Source of the DNA: Thermococcus sp. JdFR-02
Lineage (GTDB): Archaea > Methanobacteriota_B > Thermococci > Thermococcales > Thermococcaceae
Reading direction: 5' to 3'
Assembly: GCA_002009975.1 (NCBI GenBank)
Contig: MTLP01000012.1
Coordinates: 96,001-160,000, forward strand
DNA: 64,000 bases
Below are positions 49,034 through 58,320 of the stretch, piece by piece. Position 1 is the first letter of the stretch; the number at the start of each line of letters is the position of its first letter. A model generated the notes under the pieces. It made no database searches and was not told the origin of the DNA. It worked only from the letters and a program-made list of their open reading frames with translations. The translations under genes and the position numbers were made by a program.

Positions 49034-50305
49034 TTAACTGCCTAGTATTTCGCCCATCAAATAAGTAGCTGTAGCTTTGGTTACTTTAACTTTCAAGAAT
49101 TCACCAATTGGAGCATCTTCGGGAAGGATTATATCCTTATAGTTCATGGTCCTTCCTTCAATTCCTCCTTTTTCTCCATGTCCATGGGTTAATACTAGAA
49201 CTTCTCTTCCAATGTATTTTTGGTTTATTTCGTAACTTATACTAAGTCTTAAGCGGTGCAAAATTCTTGATCTCTGTTTTGCTATCCTTCCGTGAATTTG
49301 ATTTGGCATTCTTGCTGCTAGTGTCTTTGGTCTCAACGAAAATCTCGAAACATTTATTTTGTCAGGTCTAACTCTTTTAATTAGCTCTACAGTTCTTTGG
49401 AAGGCTTCTTCATCTTCTCCAGGGAAGCCAACGATGATATCTGTGTTTAGATTTAATTCTGGAAATTCTTTTCTAAAAGCCCCAACTATCTCTTCAAAGT
49501 CTTCAACAGTGTAAGTCCTTGCCATGCGTCTTAAGATATCATTATCGCCGCTTTGAACAGGCAAATGAAGGAATTTATAAATCTTTTCATCTTTATAAGC
49601 ATCAATTAACTCATCAAGGAATTTTATAACGTGATTTGGATTTGCCATTCCAACCCTGACCCTGAATTCTCCTTCTATTGAAGTTATCTCATCCAAAAGT
49701 TTTGCCAGATTTGTTCTAATGTCAAATCCATAACAACCGGTATCCTCTGAACTTAGCTGAATTTCCCTATAGCCTTTTGCCAAAGCTTCTTTAACCCATT
49801 TGACTATTTTTTCTGGTGAATAACTTTTTAAAACTCCTCTAGCAAAACGAGTTGCACAATAGGTGCAAGCATTCAGACAGCCCTCGCTGATTGGAATAGT
49901 TATTGCAACTCTGCTCTTTAAAATTCTTGGAAGTTCAAGCTTATCTAAGCTTTTCTGCTCAACATCAACTAATTTTATCCCTTTCTCGGCTAACCTAATT
50001 GCATCAACAATTCTATTAATACTTTTAACCCCTATAATAGCTGAAACTCTATTGTCTATTTTTTCCAAGCTTATATGGGGTAAACATCCAGCAACAATGA
50101 CTTTTTTACCATCATCCAAAAGCTCTTTAATTCTCCTGTGCATGTGTGTCTCCGTTGGATCCTTAACAGCACAGGTGTTAATTATTACATAGTCTGCACT
50201 ATCCAAATTACTAAGCTTGAAGCCCGCATTTACTAAAAGGGCTTCCATAATCTCTGCATCTGCCCTATTTCTTGCACATCCATAGGTTTCGATGTAAACT
50301 CTCAT
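49034..50305 (-). CDS. mtaB: tRNA methylthiotransferase (MiaB-like, archaeal MtaB)
   Basis: TYGC..N, NTCAVK, AGCLP, CLNACTYC radical SAM motif, HLPVQSG, C-terminal TRAM. Confidence 0.9.
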   Translation of the reverse strand: MRVYIETYGCARNRADAEIMEALLVNAGFKLSNLDSADYVIINTCAVKDPTETHMHRRIKELLDDGKKVIVAGCLPHISLEKIDNRVSAIIGVKSINRIVDAIRLAEKGIKLVDVEQKSLDKLELPRILKSRVAITIPISEGCLNACTYCATRFARGVLKSYSPEKIVKWVKEALAKGYREIQLSSEDTGCYGFDIRTNLAKLLDEITSIEGEFRVRVGMANPNHVIKFLDELIDAYKDEKIYKFLHLPVQSGDNDILRRMARTYTVEDFEEIVGAFRKEFPELNLNTDIIVGFPGEDEEAFQRTVELIKRVRPDKINVSRFSLRPKTLAARMPNQIHGRIAKQRSRILHRLRLSISYEINQKYIGREVLVLTHGHGEKGGIEGRTMNYKDIILPEDAPIGEFLKVKVTKATATYLMGEILGS

Positions 50306-50491
50306 CGTGAACTAAGCTAAGTGTATTGGTTTAAAAAGTTAATTCATGAGTAATTATTTATTGCAAGTATAAAAATCAATGTAAACTAATCCAAAATCAG
50401 CTTTAGTCCCATAAATAAAAGTTCTCATGCAACTTAATTCAAAACAAAAGAAAAAGGTTGAAGTTCACAAGAACTATGAGCGTGAAGTTAA

Positions 50492-50719
50492 TCAAATAAC
50501 CTCTCCAAAAGCAAACTTCCTCTTAATGCTGTTAATAACGATCTCAACCTCTTGTCCAACTTTAGTGTTTGGAACAAACACAACAAAGCCCTTAATCCTA
50601 GCTATTCCATCTCCGCCTTTGCCAATACTCTCGATTTTAACAGTATATCTTTCTCCAACCTTAACTGGTGCTACACTACCAAATCTATCTCTATTTCCAC
50701 CAAATCTATCTCCATACAT
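50492..50719 (-). CDS. Single TRAM domain RNA-binding protein
   Basis: [29 protein letters not shown]...RKFAFGEV. Confidence 0.92.
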   Translation of the reverse strand: MYGDRFGGNRDRFGSVAPVKVGERYTVKIESIGKGGDGIARIKGFVVFVPNTKVGQEVEIVINSIKRKFAFGEVI

Positions 50720-50753
50720 TTTCAATATCTCCTTTCAAATATTTTAACGCCCT

Positions 50754-51401
50754 TTAGAAGAGCGTCAAGTCTAGTAAGTGAGAGGGTTTATAAAGCTTTT
50801 TATTTTTTATTGCAGATTTTTGCTTTAGAGATTCGACTTTTTTCAGGTCTCGCTTTGTATTTACGTTATAAAAACTTTCTCTAAACTCTTTTGGCAGCTC
50901 TTCGATTTTAATATAACACGTGTTTGCCTTTAGAATTGCCGGTCTTATTGTGTAATCTCCTTTTTCAATCTGTTCCTTTAAAAATTTGGCAAAGCTTTTT
51001 GAATAAGCAGCATGGAGGGGCTCTAAATAACCATTTTTCCAGATTGGAACACATGCTGTACATTTGTCTTTGTAGAATTGCTCTATAATCAGTTCAACGA
51101 ATTTAGAATTTAATAGGGGCATATCACCAGCCACGACAAAAGAATCACCAATTTGCTTTAAAGCGGTATAAATTCCCCCAATTGGTCCAACTAAAAGATT
51201 ATCAACAAGAACTTCAAAACCAAGCTTCTTAAAACTCTTCCTTCTATCTTCAGAGGTTACAATGAAAAGCTCATGAATATACTTTGCTCTAGAAAGCTTT
51301 TCAATTGTATGCATTATTAAAGGCTTTCCGCCGACTTTAAAAAGCAGCTTATCTTCACCAAAGCGCTTTGCTCTTCCACCGGCTAAAATGACACCTTTCA
51401 T
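50754..51401 (-). CDS. mobA: Molybdenum/tungsten cofactor guanylyltransferase
   Basis: VILAGG.A.RFG.DK, GPIGGI, DMP, EPLHAAY, NVNT..DL; ATG 51401 behind GGTGA. Confidence 0.9.
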   Translation of the reverse strand: MKGVILAGGRAKRFGEDKLLFKVGGKPLIMHTIEKLSRAKYIHELFIVTSEDRRKSFKKLGFEVLVDNLLVGPIGGIYTALKQIGDSFVVAGDMPLLNSKFVELIIEQFYKDKCTACVPIWKNGYLEPLHAAYSKSFAKFLKEQIEKGDYTIRPAILKANTCYIKIEELPKEFRESFYNVNTKRDLKKVESLKQKSAIKNKKLYKPSHLLDLTLF

Positions 51402-51456
51402 AACTTTCACCATACATATTAGCTGAGATAGTGGAGATATAAAAGAATTGGCAAAT

Positions 51457-51882
51457 TTAAACAATTTCCACTAAAAGCCGCTTTTCTGTTATTCTTAATG
51501 ATCTTAGTAGGTTTTCTTTTACTAACTCTCTTTTACAGTCGTTGCAAAGGAGAAGTGTGTCTCTAATACTTTCTTTGAAGGATTTCTTTAATAGTGTATT
51601 CAAAGCTTTATCAGCTTGTTTATATGTGAATTCAGTGGGTTTCCCACATTTTGAACATTTAACAAGCTCAAATTTAAGAATTTGGACGTCATTGGCTTTT
51701 CTTTTAAATGCATTAGTGGGACATATTTTCTCGCAGTCTTGACATTCTGTACATTTCTTGGTATCGAAAATTATTTTCCTAACACCTTTCTCATCAACCT
51801 TAAGCAGAGCATTTGGGGAGCAAACATAAGTACAAGCACCACAACCAATGCAGAGGTCTGGATCAATGTAAAGCTTTGTCAA
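51457..51882 (-). CDS. 4Fe-4S dicluster protein
   Basis: CIGCGAC...C, CTECQDC...CP, CSKCG, CNDC; TTG start behind GGAGGTG. Confidence 0.88.
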   Translation of the reverse strand: MTKLYIDPDLCIGCGACTYVCSPNALLKVDEKGVRKIIFDTKKCTECQDCEKICPTNAFKRKANDVQILKFELVKCSKCGKPTEFTYKQADKALNTLLKKSFKESIRDTLLLCNDCKRELVKENLLRSLRITEKRLLVEIV

Positions 51883-51895
51883 TTCTACACCTCCT

Positions 51896-52393
51896 TTAAA
51901 TAAAAGCAAAACCAAGGGCTTTTTTGCTTTCTTTTCCCAATTTCATTGCTTTTTTCACAAACGTCTCCCTTCTTTTTCTAATTATTTCGCTAAAGTCTCC
52001 ATAAAGTAGAGCATCTGTTGGGCAAGTTGCTACACACGCTGGCTCTTTCCCTTCAGCTCTCCTATGGGCACATAGATTGCATTTTGACATTGTCTTATTC
52101 ACCGAATCAAGCTCTGGAATTCCAAAGGGACAAACTATTGCACACATCATACAGCCAATGCATTTTTGGGGTGCAACTAAGACAGCACCTTCCTCATCCC
52201 TATAGAGAGCGTTAGTTGGACAAACCTCTATACATGGCGCTTTTTCACAGTGCTTGCAGTGAAAAGCCATAGCTATCATTCCCTCAAATTCAAAAACGAA
52301 TATGTGGGATTTTCCATGTTCCCTCTCACATGCTACTTCACATGCTCTACACTCGATACATTTGCTAAAATCAATGAAGAGTGCTTTCTTCAT
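51896..52393 (-). CDS. Formate dehydrogenase Fe-S subunit (FdhB/HycB-like, 4x[4Fe-4S])
   Basis: CIECRACEVAC, CKHCEKAPCIEVCP, CIGCMMCAIVCP, CNLC..PACVATCP. Confidence 0.9.
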   Translation of the reverse strand: MKKALFIDFSKCIECRACEVACEREHGKSHIFVFEFEGMIAMAFHCKHCEKAPCIEVCPTNALYRDEEGAVLVAPQKCIGCMMCAIVCPFGIPELDSVNKTMSKCNLCAHRRAEGKEPACVATCPTDALLYGDFSEIIRKRRETFVKKAMKLGKESKKALGFAFI

Positions 52394-54449
52394 TTATCTC
52401 ACCTCCAATCTTAAAGATATTGCATGCACAGGCTTTCGTATCTGGGATTTTACTTATTGGGTCTAAGGTATCGTTTGTAAGAACGTTGGCTCCCCAGTGC
52501 CAAGGAACTGCAATTACTCCTTTTTTGACTCTTCTCGTGACTAAGGCTTTGCAAATGTATTCTCCTCTTCGTGTAACGAGCTTAACTAGGTCCTTATTCT
52601 TAATTCCAAGTTTTGCGGCATCTTCTGGATGAATCTCAGCTAAAGGTTCCGACCATCTTTTAGCTAAGGAGGGAGATTTTCCACTCATAGTTAGCGTGTG
52701 ATACTGACCAACATATCTATGAGTAGTGAGAATGAAGGGGTATTCATCATTTGGAAGTTCCGCTGGTGGCTTATGTTCAACTGCAGCCAAGTGAGCTTTT
52801 TCATCTTGTGTAAGGAATCTCTCTCTATAGAGAATCTTTGTTCCAGGATGATTTTCATTGGGACATGGCCAATGAATTCCTGCTAATTTTTCTTTTAATC
52901 TCTCTGGAGTTATTCCCCCATACTGTGGAGTGCATTGGTTGATTTCCCTTAGAATATCTTCAACTTTCAAGTAATTGAAGCTCCCAAGCCCAATAGTCCT
53001 TCCAATCTCACTAATTATCCACCAATCTGGTTTTGCATCCCCAGGTGGTTTTTTCACAGCAAAACTCCATTGTACTCTTCTTTCAGTATTTGTTAAAGAA
53101 CCCTCATTTTCCAACATTGCTGCCGCTGGAAGAATGATATCGGCAAATTGTGCAGTTTCCGTTAAAAATATGTCCTGAACAACCATAAATTCGAGTTTTC
53201 TTAAAGCTTTAATAACATGATTTGAATTTGCATCACTAATCACAGGATTTTCACCCATTACATAATATCCTTTGATTTTTCCCTTGCTGATAGCATAGGA
53301 GGCTTCAATAACTGTTAAACCAGGCTCATCGCTGAGATAGTCAACTTTCCAAAATTTCTTAAAGAACTCGAGTTTCTCTAAATCTGTAATCTTTTGATAT
53401 CCGGGAAATACATCCGGTAATACCCCCATATCGCATGCTCCTTGTACATTATTTTGACCTCTCATTGGAGAAGCGCCGCATCCTTCTCTTCCTATGTAAC
53501 CACAAATTGCTAAAAGCGTTGCCACTGCTCTAACATTATCATGACCGTGAACAGATTGAGTCAGACCCATTGCCCAAGTTATAACACCTTTTCCAGCGGT
53601 TGCAAAGGTTATAGCCGCTTCTTCTATTAGCATAGCAGGAACGCCAGTAATTTTCTCCACATATTGGGGAGTGTACTTTTCAACGACTTTAACAAGTTCA
53701 TTAAATCCAGTTGTTCTTTCCATTACAAATTTTTTGTCATAGAGACCTTTTTTAATTATAACATGCATTAGTCCATTGGCTAAAGCAATGTCTGTTCCGG
53801 GATAGTGTTGTAGATGTATATCTGCAAACCATGCCGTTCTTGTGAGTCTTGGATCAACAACGATAATTTTTGCTCCTCTTTCTTTGGCTTTTAAAACATA
53901 TTTAAATCCAACTGGATGGGTTTCGGCATAGTTATGACCCCAAATAATGATGCAGTTTGCTTGCTCAATATCTTTATAAGTATTTGTCATTGCACCAGCA
54001 CCAAAAGTTGAAACTAGTCCGGTAATGGTTGAGGCATGGCAAAGCCTTGCACAATGGTCTACGTTATTTGTGCCTAACATTCTTGCTAATTTTTGAAGAA
54101 GGTAATTTGGTTCGTTGAAGGTTCTTGCACTTCCAAGGAACATCAATTGATTTGGATCATCTTTTGCAATCTCTTTCAGTCTCTCAGCAACTTCCTTTAC
54201 TGCTTTATTCCAGCTTATTTCCTTAAACTTTCCTTCTTCAACGGCTTTTAGAGGCTTTTTTAATCTTTCAGGATCTGAAAGGTGATCTAAAATGGTATTC
54301 CCCTTTGGGCAAAGTTTGCCTTTTTCATTTGGAATATTTTCGATATCTGTAGCATACTCGAGGTTAAGCTGATTACCCCTCACTTTCACATAAGCTCTAC
54401 ATCCCACACCGCAGTAGGGACAGACTATGGGTATTAGCTCACCCTTCAA
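52371..54449 (-). CDS. fdhF: Formate dehydrogenase catalytic subunit (Mo/W-bisPGD, Cys ligand)
   Basis: CPYCGVGC...LCPKG, DHCARLCHAS, RGQNNVQGACD, QDIFLTETA, TNTERR; TTG 54449 behind GAGGTG. Confidence 0.93.
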   Translation of the reverse strand: MKGELIPIVCPYCGVGCRAYVKVRGNQLNLEYATDIENIPNEKGKLCPKGNTILDHLSDPERLKKPLKAVEEGKFKEISWNKAVKEVAERLKEIAKDDPNQLMFLGSARTFNEPNYLLQKLARMLGTNNVDHCARLCHASTITGLVSTFGAGAMTNTYKDIEQANCIIIWGHNYAETHPVGFKYVLKAKERGAKIIVVDPRLTRTAWFADIHLQHYPGTDIALANGLMHVIIKKGLYDKKFVMERTTGFNELVKVVEKYTPQYVEKITGVPAMLIEEAAITFATAGKGVITWAMGLTQSVHGHDNVRAVATLLAICGYIGREGCGASPMRGQNNVQGACDMGVLPDVFPGYQKITDLEKLEFFKKFWKVDYLSDEPGLTVIEASYAISKGKIKGYYVMGENPVISDANSNHVIKALRKLEFMVVQDIFLTETAQFADIILPAAAMLENEGSLTNTERRVQWSFAVKKPPGDAKPDWWIISEIGRTIGLGSFNYLKVEDILREINQCTPQYGGITPERLKEKLAGIHWPCPNENHPGTKILYRERFLTQDEKAHLAAVEHKPPAELPNDEYPFILTTHRYVGQYHTLTMSGKSPSLAKRWSEPLAEIHPEDAAKLGIKNKDLVKLVTRRGEYICKALVTRRVKKGVIAVPWHWGANVLTNDTLDPISKIPDTKACACNIFKIGGEINEESTLH

Positions 54450-54621
54450 AGCAGACACCTCATGAACATAAGTCTTCACAATGTGCACAATTTACCTCAA
54501 TTCTGTTTTGACAAATTTAGTTTAAAATTCTTTCTATGAACACCCAATTATTGACATAAACATGTTAATAACTGTTGCTTAAAAGAGGATATATGAAAGC
54601 AGAAAACATCTATTGGAGATC

Positions 54622-55386
54622 TCAAAATATTATTCTTCCCTCTCCAGCATAAATTGTAAACCTTCTTCCCCTCGCAAATCCTATCAGGGTTATTCCATTT
54701 TCCTTTGCCAATTGAATACCTTTATCTGTTGGAGGGGACTTTGTTATGATGATCGGTATTCCAGCATTTGCAGCTTTTTTGACCATTGCATAGGGCATTC
54801 TCCCACTTGAAGCTAAAATAGTGTTGTCTAAACTTATTTTGTTTAAAACGGCATATCCTACAACTTTATCAACAGCATTGTGTCTACCAATATCTTCACT
54901 ATGGACAATTTTTTTGCCTTCCTTATCAAAGAGTGCTGCCCAGTGAGTCCCTCCAGTCATTTTCCATATTTCCGAAATTCTTGACATCATGGAGATTATT
55001 TTTAGTATAACCTCTACGCTAATTTTCATTTCAGATGTTATTTTTCCTACTTCCTTTTTTTCTTTAGCCAAATATGAGTCACCGCATGGTGGATATTTTA
55101 TAGATGTCTCTTCTTCACTTTCTTTTTGAGTATCTTTGTACAGAATATAGATTTTATTCTCTCTAACTCTGACGTCACTTATTTTTTCTAAATCTGCGTA
55201 ACCTTCACAAACGGCAAATCCAGCTCCTAATTCTCTAAGTTGAGAAGGTGAAGCATTAAGTTCAGCAATAAGCTCTTCAAAATTCTCATATTGTATGTAA
55301 ATCTCATAACTTTGCTCTACACAAACGTAATCTTCTGTGAGAATGGCTTTTCCATTCCATTTACAAACATTTACTTTTTTTATCAT
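54622..55386 (-). CDS. fdhD: Formate dehydrogenase accessory sulfurtransferase
   Basis: GFAVCEG, TGGTHWAA, EDIGRHNAVDKVVG, SSGR, TLIGFAR. Confidence 0.93.
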   Translation of the reverse strand: MIKKVNVCKWNGKAILTEDYVCVEQSYEIYIQYENFEELIAELNASPSQLRELGAGFAVCEGYADLEKISDVRVRENKIYILYKDTQKESEEETSIKYPPCGDSYLAKEKKEVGKITSEMKISVEVILKIISMMSRISEIWKMTGGTHWAALFDKEGKKIVHSEDIGRHNAVDKVVGYAVLNKISLDNTILASSGRMPYAMVKKAANAGIPIIITKSPPTDKGIQLAKENGITLIGFARGRRFTIYAGEGRIIF

Positions 55387-55820
55387 TACACCACCATTAT
55401 TTGGATTGGGGATGTTTTTTATTAATCTTGCTAAGTTTTGTATATTTTTGGATATAATCCAACAAAGTTTTGATAAGTATTTGCAAATCTTGGTTGTAGC
55501 TTAAAGCTAAAGAATGATGGTAATACTAATTTTTAATTTTTTCTTATTTGTTAAGATTTATTGAGTAATAAGTATTACATTTTTTCCTTTTTCCCCGAAT
55601 TTTAGAAAAATATAACTTTTTTCAATGTTTTTTTAAAAGCAATATATGCTATAGTGACAGCATTTGTTTATCATTACCATTTTATGTTAATTCATTTGTA
55701 AAGTTTAACAACTTTTTCATTTGTCAAAATATATGGTGTATAACCTTTCGTTTCAGAAACGTATTTAAGAAAAAATCTCAAACCTCCAATTGAGCATTTG
55801 AAGAAAAAAGTCCGAAGAGG

Positions 55821-55837
55821 GTTTAAAACCTAAAGTT
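55821..55837 (+). promoter_or_regulatory. SurR-type binding site GTTn3AACn5GTT
   Basis: GTT TAA AAC CTAAA GTT exact match next to the mbhA RBS; 1-mismatch copy at 55736-55752. Confidence 0.7.
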
Positions 55838-55848
55838 GAGGTGGGAAA

Positions 55849-56352
55849 ATGGGATTTGCAGCATCTTTCATCTGGTCGTTTATAGTATACCTATTACTCA
55901 CTGCTGGTTCAGGAAATATAATAGCATGGAGCATGGAGGAGCTAATTGCGGGAGTAATCATTGCAGCAGTGGTTGGCTACCTTACACGCAATATAATGGC
56001 AGAAAAGGTCGATTACTTCTTTAATCCAAGGAGATGGGCTTTGTTTATAATCTATGCAATAGGTCCATTTTTCTTAGCAATGGCAAAAGCAAACCTTGAT
56101 GTTGCATATAGGGTTATAACTGGAAAGATAAGACCAGGAATAGTCAAGATTTCTCCAGGATTGACAAGAGACGAAAGCGTAACTCTTCTCGCAAATTCAA
56201 TAACTCTAACACCTGGAACTTTTACGTTGGAGGTTGATGAGGAAAAGAATCTCTATGTTCACTGGATCTATGTTCCCGAAGGAAAGGAAAAACCAACTCC
56301 TGAAGAACTTTGTGGTTATCTACCAAAATGGTCAAGGAGGATTGCAGAATGA
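55849..56352 (+). CDS. mbhA: Mrp-Mbh subunit A (MnhE-like)
   Basis: ANLDVAYRV, RPGIV, LANSITLTPGT, LYVHW. Confidence 0.9.
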   Translation: MGFAASFIWSFIVYLLLTAGSGNIIAWSMEELIAGVIIAAVVGYLTRNIMAEKVDYFFNPRRWALFIIYAIGPFFLAMAKANLDVAYRVITGKIRPGIVKISPGLTRDESVTLLANSITLTPGTFTLEVDEEKNLYVHWIYVPEGKEKPTPEELCGYLPKWSRRIAE

Positions 56353-56624
56353 ATGCGGAAACTGTTTTTATGGGAGCGTTTCTATTGTTATTGGTTTCAG
56401 CAACGCTAACACTAATAAGATTGCTTTTGGGACCCACTATTCCAGATAGGGTAGTTGCTTTAGATTCAATGACTACAACAACGGTTGGTGCAATGATTAT
56501 CTATGGAGTTATTACAAAGCAAGCGATTATTATTGATGTAGCTCTTGTTTACGCAGTTTTGAGCTATATAGCAACGCTATACATTGCCCGTTATTTAGTA
56601 AAGAAGAGGGTGGGAGTGATATGA
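56349..56624 (+). CDS. mbhB: Mrp-Mbh subunit B (MnhF-like)
   Basis: GPTIPDRVVALD; ATGA overlap with mbhA. Confidence 0.9.
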   Translation: MNAETVFMGAFLLLLVSATLTLIRLLLGPTIPDRVVALDSMTTTTVGAMIIYGVITKQAIIIDVALVYAVLSYIATLYIARYLVKKRVGVI

Positions 56625-56971
56625 TAGAGTGGATACTTCTAATTCTATTGGCGATAGGAGTTATATTCAATCTCTTAGCAAGCATTGGTATCTTAAGATT
56701 TCCAGATGTTTATACTCGTATACATGCAGCAACTAAGTGTACAACCTTTGGGACAATATTCATAGTCTTGGCAACTGTTGTTTATTCAGCGTACAATTGG
56801 ATGTCAAGTAGAGAATCTTCATGGGTTATAATAGCACTACACTCATTGCTTGCATTGTTCTTCTTGATACTAACTAATCCAGTGGGTGCTCATGCAATTG
56901 GAAGAGCAGCGAGAAAATCTGGTATTAGACCATATGGTGCAGTTATAGATGAACTGGAGGGAAGGCTATGA
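56621..56971 (+). CDS. mbhC: Mrp-Mbh subunit C (MnhG-like)
   Basis: RFPDVYTRIHAATK, TNPVGAHAIGRAA. Confidence 0.9.
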   Translation: MIEWILLILLAIGVIFNLLASIGILRFPDVYTRIHAATKCTTFGTIFIVLATVVYSAYNWMSSRESSWVIIALHSLLALFFLILTNPVGAHAIGRAARKSGIRPYGAVIDELEGRL

Positions 56972-57231
56972 ACTTTTTAGGGTTTTTTGAAATCGCCCAA
57001 ATTTTAGTTGGCATTGGACTATTAGTTAGTGCAATAGTTGCTATAAGGTTCAAGAATTTGGTAGCGGCTGTAATTGCAATGGCAGTGTTTAGTCTAATAC
57101 TTTCCTTAGAGTTCTACCTTCTACAAGCACCAGACGTTGCAATAGCAGAAGCAGGTGTCGGAGCTGGACTAACAACAGCAATGTATCTTTTGGCGATAAA
57201 GAATACCACCGATGAGGAGGTGATCGAATGA
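56968..57231 (+). CDS. mbhD: Mrp-Mbh subunit D
   Basis: [16 protein letters not shown]. Confidence 0.88.
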   Translation: MNFLGFFEIAQILVGIGLLVSAIVAIRFKNLVAAVIAMAVFSLILSLEFYLLQAPDVAIAEAGVGAGLTTAMYLLAIKNTTDEEVIE

Positions 57232-57500
57232 GAAATGCCCTTGGAATCGTGGTCTTTTTAGCGTTCACGTTCTTCCTCTTAACAGCGGCATTTGAGATTA
57301 GACCCTTTGGAGAGCCTGTACATAGAGAGATGGATAACTATTTCATAATGCATGCTCAAGAAGAGGCTTCAGCTAATAACGTCGTGACGAGCATAGTGTT
57401 TGACTACAGAGGTTTTGATACACTTGGAGAGGCTACAGTTCTATTTACCGCAGTTGCAGGTGTTCTAATGGCACTTAGGAGTAGGGGGGTGAAGACATGA
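57228..57500 (+). CDS. mbhE: Mrp-Mbh subunit E
   Basis: [18 protein letters not shown]. Confidence 0.88.
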   Translation: MRNALGIVVFLAFTFFLLTAAFEIRPFGEPVHREMDNYFIMHAQEEASANNVVTSIVFDYRGFDTLGEATVLFTAVAGVLMALRSRGVKT

Positions 57501-57958
57501 CAACGACAATCATCAAAACAACTACAAGGCTCTTAGCACCTTTAATACTTGTATTCGGTTTGTATATAATCCTTCATGGTCATTTGACCCCTGGAGGTGG
57601 TTTCCAAGGAGGTGCAGTAGTTGCAAGTGGTTTAGCCTTACTCATTGTAGCGCATGAACATAAAAAGGTAAAAGAGCTCTTTGAGAGAGCCCCACTAAGT
57701 CAATTAGAAAGCATTGGTGCATTGGGCTTTTTAGGAACGGGATTATTGGGTCTTGCAGGGTATACCTTCTTTAAGAACGTAATAGCAAACAGTGGCTTCC
57801 TATTTGGGGGTAAAACTCCAATTGGAATAAACCCAGGTTATCTCAACACTGGAGGAACACTCGCTTACATGAACATCTTTGTCGGTATGAAAGTTTTAGC
57901 CGGACTTACAAGCATCATCTTAATCTTCTTCTTAATTCTAAAGGAGGGAGAGAAATGA
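57497..57958 (+). CDS. mbhF: Mrp-Mbh subunit F (MnhB-like)
   Basis: [13 protein letters not shown]. Confidence 0.9.
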   Translation: MTTTIIKTTTRLLAPLILVFGLYIILHGHLTPGGGFQGGAVVASGLALLIVAHEHKKVKELFERAPLSQLESIGALGFLGTGLLGLAGYTFFKNVIANSGFLFGGKTPIGINPGYLNTGGTLAYMNIFVGMKVLAGLTSIILIFFLILKEGEK

Positions 57959-58320
57959 ATGTACTCACCAACTTCCCATTTATCGTTGTAGCCTTGCTCT
58001 TAGCAATTGGCTTTTACACTATTGGCTTCAAGAAAAACTTAATTAAGATAGTCATAGGCATTGAGATAATTGAAGGAGCTGTTAACTTGTTCTTAGTGGC
58101 ACTTGGATATGTGAAAGGTGCATATGTGCCAATTTACACTCTTGCACCAAAGGAAGCCGCAGAGGTAAATAAAATGGTTCTTCCAACCCCACAGGCTTTA
58201 ACCCTTACAAGTATCGTTATTGGAGTTGCAGTAACAGCTTTAATGCTTGCTTTTGCCGTGAACATTTACCGTCACTATGGAACTTTAGACGTTAGAAATA
58301 TAAGGAGGTTGAGGGGATGA
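57955..58320 (+). CDS. mbhG: Mrp-Mbh subunit G (MnhC-like)
   Basis: NLIKIVIG, PTPQALTLTSIVIG. Confidence 0.9.
   Translation: MNVLTNFPFIVVALLLAIGFYTIGFKKNLIKIVIGIEIIEGAVNLFLVALGYVKGAYVPIYTLAPKEAAEVNKMVLPTPQALTLTSIVIGVAVTALMLAFAVNIYRHYGTLDVRNIRRLRG

Noticed and set aside
50679-50712. Direct repeat ccaaatctatctc x2 in the TRAM gene
   Set aside because: Small in-frame duplication (DRFG..DRFG) in a low-complexity N-terminal tail
52371-54449. Selenocysteine recoding in Fdh
   Set aside because: The ligand is Cys (CARLCH) and there is no in-frame TGA
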